Shown: positions 27,567 to 40,060 of the stretch, piece after piece
Numbering within the stretch: the first letter of the stretch is position 1
How the letters are laid out: every line of letters starts with the position of its first letter
NCBI RefSeq assembly: GCF_000150275.1
Contig: NW_002060950.1
Coordinates: 2,875,016-2,939,015 of the forward strand
Direction of reading: 5' to 3'
From: Trichoplax adhaerens
Lineage: Eukaryota; Animalia; Placozoa
DNA: 64,000 nucleotides
Made by a program: the position numbers and the translations under genes
Notes under the pieces: model-generated
Seen by the model: the letters and a program-made list of their open reading frames with translations, nothing else
Told to the model about the DNA's origin: nothing
Databases searched by the model: none

Positions 27567-27862
27567 ATTGAATTTGCTACCGATAGTCACACAGAGATTA
27601 ATTTCACGGTGTGAAGAAGAGTAGCAGTTTCATCATTCCCCAATAACTTGTCCAGTTGAAGAAGAACAGTGAAGATGCGAGCCACCAATTTAGCCAGGTA
27701 ATGGCGGAGCGCAAAACGGAAGAGTTACAACACGCTAACACTAGTGACTGACTAATCGATTCATTTATGGCCGGCCGGACGGTAGGACAGCAGTCCACGA
27801 TAGTAGTGGACTCTGCTGCCCAAGCGTATAGTGTACAGTATGGCGGTACCGACGCCATTCAG

Positions 27863-29598
27863 GTGTGAACAAGGCCAGTGCAAAATCTATGTCATTTTAC
27901 AATAACTTTTTACACAAGCAAGAGATGACAAATCATTTGGCAACCGTGAGTTGCCAAATGAAACAAATGGGTCTCTAATAACTCACCATATTTTGGATAT
28001 CGTGTACAAGAAACTTGAATGAATTTCCATAGCGATACAAGCAAGTTTCCAGGCATTTTCAACCTTCTATTTCTGTTTGGTCATCATGGCTTTGTCTAAT
28101 TCTAGCCATACGGTATATGGCCCGTTTATTATAATACATCTTAGAAATGCTGACGGAGGCACTTTGTTGGCGTACAGACGCCAATCAGGTATGAACAAGG
28201 ACAGTGCATAATCCATGTCATATTACAAGGACTTATTAGACAAACAAGGGGTGACAAGCCATTTGACAAGCGTGAGTTGTCCAAGAAACAAATGGGTCTC
28301 TCTCTACATCTCACCATATTTTGGATATCGTGTACAAGAAACTTGAATGAATTTCCATGGCGATACAAGCAAGTTTCCAGGCATTTTCAACTTTCTATTT
28401 CTGTTTGGTCATCATGACTTTGTCTAATTCTAGCCATACGGTATATGGCCGTTTATTATAATACATCTTAGAAATGCTGACCCAAGCACTTTGTTGGCGT
28501 ACAGACGCCAACAAAGTGTGAACAAGGCCAGTGCATAATCCATGTCATGTTACAAGGACTTATTAGACAAACAAAGGGTGACAAACTATTTGAGAAGCGT
28601 GAGTTGTCCAAGAAACAAATGGGTCTTCAACTCACTGGATATCGTGTACAAGGGACTTGAATGGATTTCAATCGAGATACAAGCAAGTTTCCAGGCATTT
28701 TCAACTTTCTATTTCTATTTGGTCATCATGACTTTGTCTAATTCTAGCCATACGGTATATGGCCGTTTATTATAATACATCTTAGAAATGCTGACCCAAG
28801 CACTTTGTTGGCGTACAGACGCCAATCAAGTGTGAACAAGGCCAGTGCATAATCCATGTCATGTTACAAGGACTTATTAGACAAACAAGGGGTGACAAAC
28901 TATTTGGCAAGCGTGAGTTGTCCAAGAAACAAATGGGTCTCGAACACCTCACCATATTTTGGATATCGTGTACAAGAAACTTGAATGAATTTCAATCGAG
29001 ACACAAGCAAGTTTTCATGCATTTTCGACCTTGTATTTCTGTTTGGTCATCATGACTTTGTCTAATCCTAACCATACAGTGCATGGCCGTTTATTATTAT
29101 TATAATACATCTTAGAAATGCGGACGGAAGCACTATGTTGACGGACAGACACCAACTTGGTATGAATAAGGCGAGTGCGTAGTCGATGTCATCTTACAAC
29201 CACTTGTTAGACAGACAAGGGGTGACAAATCATTTGGCAATCCTAGTCGTTAAAGAAAGAAATGGCTCTCCAACTCACTGGATATCGTGTACAAGGGATT
29301 TGAATGAATTTCAATCGAGATACAAGCAAGTTTCCATGCATTTTCAACCGTCTATTTCCGCTTGGTCATCATGACTTTGTCTAACCCTAACCACACATGG
29401 CTATTTATTATAATACATCTTAAAAATGATGACGGAAGCACTTTTGTTGGAGGACGCCAATTAGGGATGAACAAGTCGAGTGCAAAATTAATGTCATCTT
29501 ACAACAACTCGTTAGACAAACAAGGGGTGACAAATTATTTGGCAGCCCTAGTCGTCAAAGAAAGAAATGGGGTCTTCAACTCACTGGATATCGTGTAT
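27863..29598. repeat. Tandem array, ~305-330-bp unit x ~5.5 (copy A)
   Basis: Unit starts G(T/G)(G/A)TGAA(C/T)AAG at 27863, 28189, 28517, 28830, 29160 and 29466. Confidence 0.92.
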
Positions 29599-30373
29599 CC
29601 TTCCGTCGCTTTTTACCCGAAATTCCGCCTTGTCCAGACTAGCAACAGTATAGAAATGGCGAGATTTCGGGTAAAAAGAGGGACGGCGACGAAGGAGGGA
29701 AAGTTGCCTAGTTCCTAGCGTCGATTAGTCCAGCGCGCGTTACTTGAACTCTACTGTACTGTACTGTATACACACGTTTTTCTTCATACTGTACCTCAAG
29801 GGTGCTCTAGTCTGAAGACTATAAAGTTGGAGGGATAGTCTGTGAAAGGATTGATTCTAGTCAGAAGACAAAAATAGAGTCATGAACTGAAATAAAATAT
29901 CGGTACTGTACCGTACATATTGTACAGTATGGTGGTCAGGGACGAAAAGAAAGAAAGAAAGATGGATATGCCAGCGCAACCTTTCTGCTTTTCTTCCTAG
30001 ATGCGTGTAACGGACAGACAACTTCCCAGAAGCGCTACACTACTGATCTAGAGAATGGAATCCATCCCTGATATACTGAGCGTGATCCTTTTCGTTTTAG
30101 ATAAATCAACGCTAATGTTTTGCGACATTTTGTGAACGAAATTCATCAAAATTGTTATGTGTGGAAAGAAGAAGCTCTCATAAACATGCCTGTATAATTT
30201 ATTTTTGTGAAATAAATGATTTCAATTCGTTTTTTCACGATTTATGGTGTACCGTTATTCTTGTAAAAATCGCCATTGTACAGTACTGTATTGTATTGTA
30301 ACTGTAGCATTTCTAGCAGTCTANNNNNNNNNNNNNNNNNNNNNNNNNNNNNNNNNNNNNNNNNNNNNNNNNN

Positions 30374-33300
30374 GTTTATCATTCCCCAATAACTTGTCCA
30401 GTTGAAGAAGAACAGTGAAGATGCGAGCCACCAATTTAGCCAGGTAATGGCGGAGCGCAAAACGGAAGAGTTACAACACGCTAACACTAGTGACTGACTA
30501 ATCGATTCATTTATGGCCGGCCGGACGGTAGGACAGCAGTCCACGATAGTAGTGGACTCTGCTGCCCAAGCGTATAGTGTACAGTATGGCGGTACCGACG
30601 CCATTCAGGTGTGAACAAGGCCAGTGCAAAATCTATGTCATTTTACAATAACTTTTTACACAAGCAAGAGATGACAAATCATTTGGCAACCGTGAGTTGC
30701 CAAATGAAACAAATGGGTCTCTAATAACTCACCATATTTTGGATATCGTGTACAAGAAACTTGAATGAATTTCCATAGCGATACAAGCAAGTTTCCAGGC
30801 ATTTTCAACCTTCTATTTCTGTTTGGTCATCATGGCTTTGTCTAATTCTAGCCATACGGTATATGGCCCGTTTATTATAATACATCTTAGAAATGCTGAC
30901 GGAGGCACTATGTTGGCGTACAGACGCCAATCAGGTATGAACAAGGACAGTGCATAATCCATGTCATATTACAAGGACTTATTAGACAAACAAGGGGTGA
31001 CAAGCCATTTGACAAGCGTGAGTTGTGCAAGAAACAAATGGGTCTCTCTCTACATCTCACCATATTTTGGATATCGGGTACAAGAAACTTGAATGAATTT
31101 CCATGGTGATACAAGCAAGTTTCCAGGCATTTTCAACCTTCTATTTCTGTTTGGTCATCATGACTTTGTCTAATTCTAGCCATACGGTATATGGCCGTTT
31201 ATTATAATACGTCTTAGAAATGCTGACCCAAGCACTTTGTTGGCGTACAGACGCCAATCAGGTGTGAACAAGGACCGTGCATAATTGATGTCATATTACA
31301 AGGACTTATTAGACAAACAAGGGGTGACAAACTATTTGGCAACCGTGAGTTGTCCAAGAAACAAATGGGTCTCTAACACCTCACCATATTTTGGATATCG
31401 TGTACAAGAAACTTGAATGAATTTCAATCGAGACACAAGCAAGTTTTCATGCATTTTCGACCTTCTATTTCTGTTTGGTCATCATGACTTTGTCTAATCC
31501 TAACCATACAGTGCATGACCGTTTATTTATTATTATAATACATCTTAGAAATGCTGACGGAAGCACTATGTTGACGGACAGACGCCAACTTGGTATGAAT
31601 AAGCCGAGTGCGTAGTCGATGTCATCTTACAACCACTTGTTAGACAGACAAGGGGTGACAAATCATTTGGCAACCCTAGTTGTTAAAGAAAGAAATGGCT
31701 CTCCAACTCACTGGATATCGTGTACAAGGGATTTGAATGAATTTCAATCCAGACACAAGCAAGTTTTCATGCATTTTCAACCTTCTATTTCCGCTTGGTC
31801 ATCATGACTTTGTCTAACCCTAACCACACATGGCTATTTATTTACTGTTAAATGAGCACATTATCGTAAACCGTCAGCAAAGCGACGGGAGCTTGCACTA
31901 GTACATCTTAAAAATGATGACGGAAGCACTTTTGTTGGAGGACGCCAATTAGGGATGAACAAGTCGAGTGCAAAATCAATGTCATCTTACAACAACTCGT
32001 TAGACAAACAAGCAGTGACAAATGATTTGGCAGCCCTAGTCGTCAAAGAAAGAAATGGGTCTTCAACTCACTGGATATCGTGTATCCTTCCGTCGCTTTT
32101 TACCCGAAATTCCGCCTTGTCTAGACTAGCAACAGTATGGAAATGGCGAGATTTCGGGTAAAAAGAGGGACGGCGACGAAGGAGGGAAAGTTGCCTAGTT
32201 CCTAGCGTCGATTAGTCCAGTAGAATACCCAGCGCGCGTTACTTGAACTCTACTGTACTGTACTGTACACACGTTTTTCTTCATACTGTACCTCAAGGGT
32301 GCTCTAGTCTGAAGACTATAAAGTTGGAGGGATAGTCTGTGAAAGGATTGATTCTAGTCAGAAGACAAAAATAGAGTTATGAACTGAAATAAAATATCAG
32401 TACTGTACCCGTACATATTGTACAGTATGGTGGTCAGGGACGAAAAGAAAGAAAGATGGATATGCCAGCGCAACCTTTCTGCTTTTCTTCCTAGATGCGT
32501 GTAACGGACAGACAACTTCCCAGAAGCGCTACACTACTGATCTAGAGAATGGAATCCATCCCTGATATACAGTACTGTACAGTAGGACTGAGTACAGTAC
32601 ACTTGCGAACTACTGTACGTTTTAGATAAATCAACGCTAATGTTTTGCGACATTTTGTGAACGAAATTCATCAAAATTGTTATGTGTGGAAAGAAGAAGC
32701 TCTCATAAACATGCCTGTATAATTTATTTTTGTGAAATAAATGATTTCAATTCGTTTTTTCACGATTTATGGTGTACCGTTATTCTTGTAAAAATCGCCA
32801 TTGTACAGTACTGTATTGTATTGTAACTGTAGCATTTCTAGCAGTCTATCCAACAATACAGTACGCATACTCGTACTTCAAATCAAGGGGGGAATTGCAT
32901 AATATCCAAAGGTATTTCCTTCATTTTCCCTTAAATTATTCAATAAATTCAATCAAAACTTCAATAATGAATTGATTAATCGAGCACTTGCAAGGCAGTG
33001 GATGCAAATAATATGCAAGGCTTGTATAGAACATCCAATATTCTCCATCCAAGGAGTTTCTCAACGGTTGCTATGCTATCGAATACAAGACAAACGCTAG
33101 TGGCAATTACTTCTATTCGAGTTCGAAATTTCAAAGTACTGCATTGGGATCAGGGATGACCACAAATTGTCGCGGACCTTCACGGTAAATAGGAATAGGA
33201 AAGCACAGAGTTGGCATTGGCAATAGAGCGCAAAGATAAAAAAAAAAATTTAAAATAAAAGTAGCCATGTGATGGAGGTGCGGGAAGAGGAAAGGGGGGG

Positions 33301-33396
33301 GGGATAAAGGAAAATACAATTGGAACATCTCAAGTAAACTAAATAAATGGACGGAAATAGCAACAGTAACCATCATGTAACAAACAGACATCTTAG
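30374..33396. mobile_element. Repeat element copy B (one fewer ~325-bp unit than A; includes the probable right end)
   Basis: Aligns with copy A from ~27630 onward. Units start at ~30609, 30935, 31262, 31593 and 31953. Its tail matches the end of the window. The right boundary is inferred from where peroxidase-like sequence resumes. Confidence 0.65.
31843..31901 (+). mobile_element. Helitron 3'-terminal fragment inserted in copy B
   Basis: 59 bp absent from copies A and C. GC-rich hairpin CCGTCAGC-AAA-GCGACGG lies 9 nt before a terminal CTAG, which is followed by a host T. Confidence 0.7.
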
Positions 33397-33399
33397 CTT

Positions 33400-33760
33400 A
33401 CTGTAGACATTCCTATCTTTTGCAGGATACAGCAAATGGAACCTGCATCATTATCGATGAAAGGATGGTGTTAGCGATAACGATAGCTTCCGAATTTCTG
33501 TATGCTCTCAGACTACTGAAGCGAAATTCATCAACGATACGAAATACGCGCACGTTAGGGATTGGATGCAATATAGAATGGACACCATGCTAATTGCATA
33601 CTTTGCTAGATATTACAAAAGAGCGGCGTGTAATACTACTTCTGGAGTACAGGAGTCATTATTTTGCAATTTTTGATTCCATTAAAGGTGTCCTAAATCT
33701 TACGTACGCATCGATGTTGTTACATGGACATCAGCAAATCATTGTTGAGCTTGATATGGC
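33400..33760 (-). pseudogene. Possible N-terminal part of the decayed peroxidase remnant
   Basis: Minus-strand fragments FRT..NG, PIPNVRV (cf. LPNARLVS) and SIMMQ (cf. LMQWGQ) occur in the order expected upstream of the 26-27 kb fragments. Confidence 0.25.
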
Positions 33761-35333
33761 TATATCACTATCCAGTATAGCATCATTCAACCCTTGTCAG
33801 ATTGGTACTATGTGTAAGCGCATAGTCTTCAAATATCATGAATGATTAATTATAGTAGAAACTGAGTCAATGTAGCCAAAATAAGTCGTTAATTCACTGT
33901 GAATGACCGTCAAAATTGCCTAGTTAGAGCTAAGCATCTTTGATAACAATTTTTGATATTGCTTGCTTCAAAATAGTGGCTGTGAGAAATAGTAAATCAA
34001 ACTTAAATGCGCCTTACGGCACTACTCAGTTAGTGTGACCTCTCTCATTATGATTTCTACGCTATCTTCGAGCTTGCCACCGATTTTTTTCTCTAACTAG
34101 ACTGGGCCAGCTGAGTTGTCTTTAGATTTCGGAGTGAATAACAAGGAAGTTGCAAAGTATGGCTGGTCAGTGCCGAGGACTACGAGACCTAACTAGGTGT
34201 ATCCAGTAGTCCATGCCAGTACTCACTGTTATGTCTTTCATGGTTCATCCTGCTCAAGAGTAAATTTAAAAATACTTCGAGTCTACAACATAATGCAAAT
34301 ATAATATTTATTATACTAACCATCAGTAGAATGGAATCAATGTAGTGCATAGTACAAAATGTTAGATAAAAAGGAAAGTAAGCAATGACAATTACAAAAA
34401 TGCGGCTTAGGCACTAGCTTTTATACTATCGGACGAAGTTATAAACACATATTCGTTACCGACAATATACTTACCATAGCTATAATAAAACTACGATCAT
34501 TGGTAATGTCATACTGATCTGGAAAGAAGTGGCTCTTACTGTATAGGAAGCATTTAAACATCACAGATGGTACGTACGTTTAGCGCCATGATGGATTAGA
34601 ATTAATAATTATGCTTTGCGTGATTGTCTCTATTCGAAACTGCCTCAAGCAAAATTTTGACAGATTTTACTATTGGAAATACCTACAGGTGCTAGTATTG
34701 TTATTCATAGTACATCCTTATCCGCTAGATCATTGCAGGCAATTTAGGCTTTATTATCAAGTCATTATGGAATGATGGTATAATGAAATATATCTTACAA
34801 ATATACGCGTATTCTGTGACTGTAATGATAGGCATACAGTAGAATAACTGGCTAAATTGATTGCTAAAACTTCTATCCATACTACATAAATCTACTAGAG
34901 GTTGAATAGAGCCAAGATTGATAAGTCACAATTTACAATAATATACTTGTGCATATAATTGAAGCAATATATTTGTAAAATCCAGCTGCATACATTTGTT
35001 ATTCGATTGTATGACATTATTGATACATCGAATGATACTCGGATCATTGTCATACCCTTAATATTACGATTTTCTTAATACTTATTAAATTGGTTATACA
35101 AGTGCAATTAGAAATTTATTATCAACCATGTGCTGTGTTCTATTTTCAAAGACCATACACAGTACATCCAATTTTGTTAAATTTTATTCGTAATAAAGTG
35201 ATTCAGCATTTTTATTTCTAATAATACATCATTCATTTCAATCCAAAAGGACGTCTCTTGCCCTAGCTCTACTTCTAGCTGGCTGTAATAGAATCTTTAT
35301 AAGGGATATTCTTGGCTCAGCGATAAACATAAA

Positions 35334-38300
35334 TCAACTTGAATACACTATGTATTCTGGGTAAGCAGCGTTATCGTGAAATACCACAAAAACAGAGTCA
35401 TTATTTTCGTTACGAACTGAATGGAGATTTATAGTCTGGCTGCCTTGTATGGTACCTAAATTGGGTTGACTTCTTTCGGCTGGTTCTCCGAAAATACCTG
35501 TCAAAACGCGTGCTATTATAATCACTGGACCATATACTTTAGCTACTTCAGCACTTTGGGTAAAATAAGTTCCAATACCCAGTGCTGCACCTGATTAGAA
35601 AGAAAAATTCCGTCAGCATAAATTATGTTATTGCTATGAGATCGAATCGATATCAGCTATGTTTGTCTATTATGTACCATTAGATTTTCCTGAATAATCT
35701 CTGTTAAATCCTGCTTGGCAAATTCTATCGATAAAATTAAGCTGGGTACCATGAAATAATTGCCTTTCTACAATCGTCCCTGGCTGATATTCATCAACTA
35801 TTTTAGCTACATCCATCTTCATTAATTGATAGCGTTGATATAAATTCCAATTTTGTACTCGTTCCACTTGTGTTACTTCGATATTACTATTTCCTAGTAG
35901 ACTATAAATTTCTGCTAATTCTATTGCAGTGGTTATTTCTACTCGATTCTTTCTTCCGTCTTGGATCTCATTAATATTGTCGTATTCCCAGTCGCCAGGT
36001 ACACTTATGCAGTCTACTTATAGTAGTTGGCAGAAAAAAGAAAGAATATATTTTTTGAATATGATAACATTTACATGTATCGCATAATTGCACAGAATTT
36101 ATAGTAAAATAAATTGAATTTATACCTGGATAATTTTTTCTAATTACATATGTACGATTGCTATTTTGCAATGTCAGATTCATCTGTTCAAAATTAACCA
36201 CCTTGAGTTCACCACCTATACAAGCCGTTTGACAAAACTTCTTGTCTTTTTGATAAAGTTGGTAATATTTTTCAATTTCGTAATTTAATTTTTCGTCAAA
36301 TGGATAATAAGAATGACCTATTTTCATCTGCCATGGTGCTATTTCATACGTAAATTGTTGCAATGTATGACTAGCTTTCTCTTGTAAATTGCGTTGTATT
36401 TTTTGATAGAGATCTATTATCGTACAACAAACATCTTCACTAATGCCATATATGGTAATAAATGAATATTCTTGGCTAGATTCTTTAATTAAGACGGTGC
36501 CATATTTATTCCACATATTTAATTTCAAGCTGATCCAACTGTGATCTTCTAAATTTGTAAGGTGTTCAACATCTGTCAGTGTTTTGCATGCCAACGATGG
36601 CATCAGTTTATACATTTTCGATTTTATCCGTCGGATAGTTTCACGATCTTTTGCTGCAATTGCAATATCAATATCTAATGGCTTACAACAATAATCTTGA
36701 AAAATGATCCATTTATAATATGAAGTAGAGCTACAATTAATCATTCGATTTCGTATCCATCTTGTCATTTCCAGGCATCGATACCAGTTAATCATGACAA
36801 ATTCAAGGCGTTGCAGGTTCTTCGTTAAATGCTGTTGTTGCACAAATTCTTCAATTTTACTTATTAGTAAGCCAATATTCTTCTCATCTGTTTCATTTCC
36901 AAGAAATGGGATTGCTAAAGAGCTTACTTTAGCTCTGTTAACGTAATTTAACAAAGCATCAAAGTTTTCCAGCATTCCATATGGGCATGCCTTAATTACG
37001 ATTGGGTCTTGAGAACAAATACTAACTCCATGCAGTCCTTGAGGCAACGACTGATTACTATTGCAATCAGATCCATGAAATTGGAAATTAACTGCGTAGC
37101 CATCTAGATGACTTGCACAAATTTCTATTAAAGATAATAAAGCTTTTGCATGGGAATGTTGGATTGATCCCTTGTAAATATCAAGAATTAATATCTGCTG
37201 ATCTTTAATACAACATCTTGCGGAATAAAGTAGAGTCAATTTACCACCATTTCCTTCGTTCCGGATAGCTTTTGATTTTATTGCGTTATTAATAAGATCT
37301 ATTTCTGATTTTACATTAAGTAAAGCTTGCCTAAAGGCAGTATGATGATCGTTTAATGAGACAGTAACATAAATAGTCTTTAAACTAGTTTTAAGCGAAT
37401 TTTGAAGGGCAAATTCCTTAGCAGCATCGATCATTCCTCGAGCAACCTCCTGGATATGGAGGCCCACATTCCCAGCTCCAATTGGAGGTATCGCAATAGA
37501 TGTCATTAAATTGTCGTGAGCTATTTTGATACACTGATTAATTTTGTCAATAAGCCACTTAAATAGAAGAGAAAGAAAATAATAAATGAGCCAACTCTGA
37601 AATTTGTACGACTCAGTAAGCAAAGTGATAAATCATTATTTATAATAGAATAGTATTTAGTTACTATTATATCTACCGGTAATTTTCTGTTTGAGCTTAG
37701 AAATGGAATATGATAAACTGCCTTGCTTTGAAAATAACTACCATCCGTTATACCAATCTTGTCTAGTGTTAATTCTGCTAGATTTGTATCGCAGTCATTT
37801 TGGTAGGCTTGGCCACCTGCGCGATATAATAATTTTGCAAGTTTCCCTACACTGTAAGATCCGAGCTCTATAGAGTTTATAATGACATCTGCCTATAATT
37901 GGATATTTAGTTTAGCAATCCTGTAGTGGTATAAGAGTTATTATTGACTTTACTATATGTAAATATTAGCTTCATCTTAAAAGCAACTAACTTTAATCTT
38001 TTCCAGGGCTCCGCGAACGATTTTAATAGTGATTTCGTTAATTTTGATTTCATCAAGGGTGTTTCCCAATTTCGATTCAGCAGCCTTTTCTAATCTAGTT
38101 ATCAAAAAGTTATCATGGCAATATTTGATAGTGATGTTGATGCAGTTCAACGAACAAGGCTGGTAATGATTAATAATTCTAATTGTAAATTTAAAAATCC
38201 TATTTCTAGTAGCAGCAGATTTGACTTGAATTCATGCTGTAATTACCTATTTTGGATTTTGAATAGTTCATGCTTTATGGATATCCTAGATGTTAATAAA

Positions 38301-40060
38301 ATGAATTTGATGCACATGAAGCCGATATTTACTACTTATCTGATAAATTAGTCATTTAAGTGTTGCTCCAACATTAGCTTGTAATTTAACATCAAACTAA
38401 AAAATCAGTCTAGAGAATAAATTGGCGTAGTAGACTACCAGAATTTCGACGTAGAGAAATTAAAAAGGGTATATTTTGAATCAGACGGATTCAATTAATC
38501 TAAAAATTTTGAAATGTACTTGACATTCATATTTGGTTATTATACATTGGTAAATAAACTAATTAATGTGATGTATAGCTAAGAATAGAAATTGTATAGG
38601 AGATCTTATTGCAGAGTAATTTGGTATTCTGAGATAGATAAAGATACACCAGATTTATAGACGATGAAAACGGTGTCAGATAATATTTTGCTAGCCTTTA
38701 GAACTAGTTAATATTTAGGAAGCCTCTTTTATTGCATTAAAATTATAACTTACGAATGTAGAGATTGGATATCGCTTTTAATTCGGATTGTACACTGGAA
38801 TTCTTTTTGAAGTGATTCGATAAATATTTTTCTCCTAGCTCTATTTTGGAGATATCTACTCAAGCTTGAAAATCTGCTAATATTCCAGTGTTCTTCGGTA
38901 GTAATATCATTGAAAAGTTTAGAAATCTTCTCCTTGACTATTCCTTGATGGCATATTGGGCAATGAATTGTGACTTGCATTTTGCCATAGGCTTCACTAT
39001 CAATCAGTTGATTTTCAGCTTGGGGATTAAATTCAATACCCGAATCACAATGATATTGCTCTAATAATTTCTTGAACCTTTTCTCTATATATGATTGCAC
39101 ATAATTCATCTTTAACGCTGTTAATTCTAGCGTGATAACCGTTTTTATATTGTGATATCTATTTATTCGCTCAGTAAACTTCATTAGAACCTGATATACG
39201 TCATAGTCTTTTCCAGTAACTGTAATCATACATGATTGAAAGTTATTGTCTACTTTCATTTTTGAATAAACATTTTTGCATTCAGATATTCCATTAGTCA
39301 TTTCCTTCTCGAAGACTTGTAAATCTCGTGGTAGATACAGGTTTTGATCTCGTACTGTTAGCGATTTGGTAATAAAGACAGTGGATAAATATCTGATAGC
39401 TGTGATATACTCTTCCTTATCAACGGCGCTAATGAGAATGGATTCATTAGATAGGATAATACTGGCCTTGATATTCATGCTTTGGAAATCCTGATTAATC
39501 TGATCCCTTTCGCGTTGATGACTAGCCAAAAAAGTCATGATGGAATCGGACAGGATTTCGCGATCTTGTAAATAAGTTCAAAAATGCACCTTATATCTTT
39601 CATACCGTAAATTGTTTGTCATTTCCCTAACTAAAGCTACAGTCAAATCGATTCGCTTAGCGACTTACTTTGTAATTGTATCTGGGAGAAACTGAAGTTG
39701 CACTTGGCTTTACTTGCATCCTCTACTTCATTCTTTCGCTCGGATTGATTTATCGATATTGTCCACTTTGGATCTTTCTTAACTTGGTTAGCCGGAATGC
39801 ACCCAAATTCAAGATAATCATCTTTCGAGATGTAACTATTAAATAAATCTGTATTACATGTATTAGTATGGGCAATATTTGCTTTTAGTAGATGCGAATA
39901 TTTCCCTGATCTCAAGAATTTTTTGGCTGTAAAGAAAATTTAAGCCTTATACTTCTTCGAAATATATTAGCAATATGTGATAGCCATCAACAAAATTTCC
40001 CCTTACCTGATGATGGTATAGGAAGATTAAACCAAATATGTTTCCCTTCTAGTGGCATAG
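35334..40060 (-). CDS. PARP14: PARP14-like macro-PARP paralogue 1 (KH-like region, macrodomain(s), WWE, ADP-ribosyltransferase domain); 5' end unresolved
   Basis: Exons include ~39927-39669, 39564-~38754, ~38095-37992, ~37891-37678, 37557-36126, 36013-35678 and 35590-35334. Macro motifs ADVIINS...AGG and SIAIPPIGAG; WWE WQMK...PFDEKLNYEIEKYY; catalytic ERVQNWNLY...QLFHGT...GFNR...GTYF...ARVLTG...AYPEY. The symbol denotes the PARP9/14/15 family, not proven orthology. Confidence 0.85.

Larger units (their letters stand above)
27188..30323. mobile_element. Non-autonomous repeat element, copy A (Helentron/HINE-like architecture, truncated by N gap)
   Basis: Begins AACAAGAGGCA...TGCCT (small hairpin). 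Contains ~95-bp and ~320-bp tandem arrays and a GC-rich hairpin. Near-identical sequence recurs at 30374+ and 62868+. No transposase ORF. The left boundary and family assignment are inferred. Confidence 0.65.

Noticed and set aside
28861-29055. QTRGDKLFGKR inside a satellite unit, resembling an LFamide peptide
   Set aside because: Other units read PFDKR, LFEKR or FGNR. There is no signal peptide and the frames are interrupted by stops, so this is probably chance.
27656-29500. Exon-like splice signals (CATCTTAG...CAG/GTATGA) in every ~320-bp unit, suggesting a tandem-exon gene
   Set aside because: Joining the candidate exons in phase gives immediate stops and the leading segment has an internal TGA. 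At most this is a captured dead gene fragment.
39565-39668. In-frame stops suggesting PARP paralogue 1 is a pseudogene
   Set aside because: A 104-bp GTAAGT...AAG phase-1 intron on the minus strand removes the stops and restores the frame.
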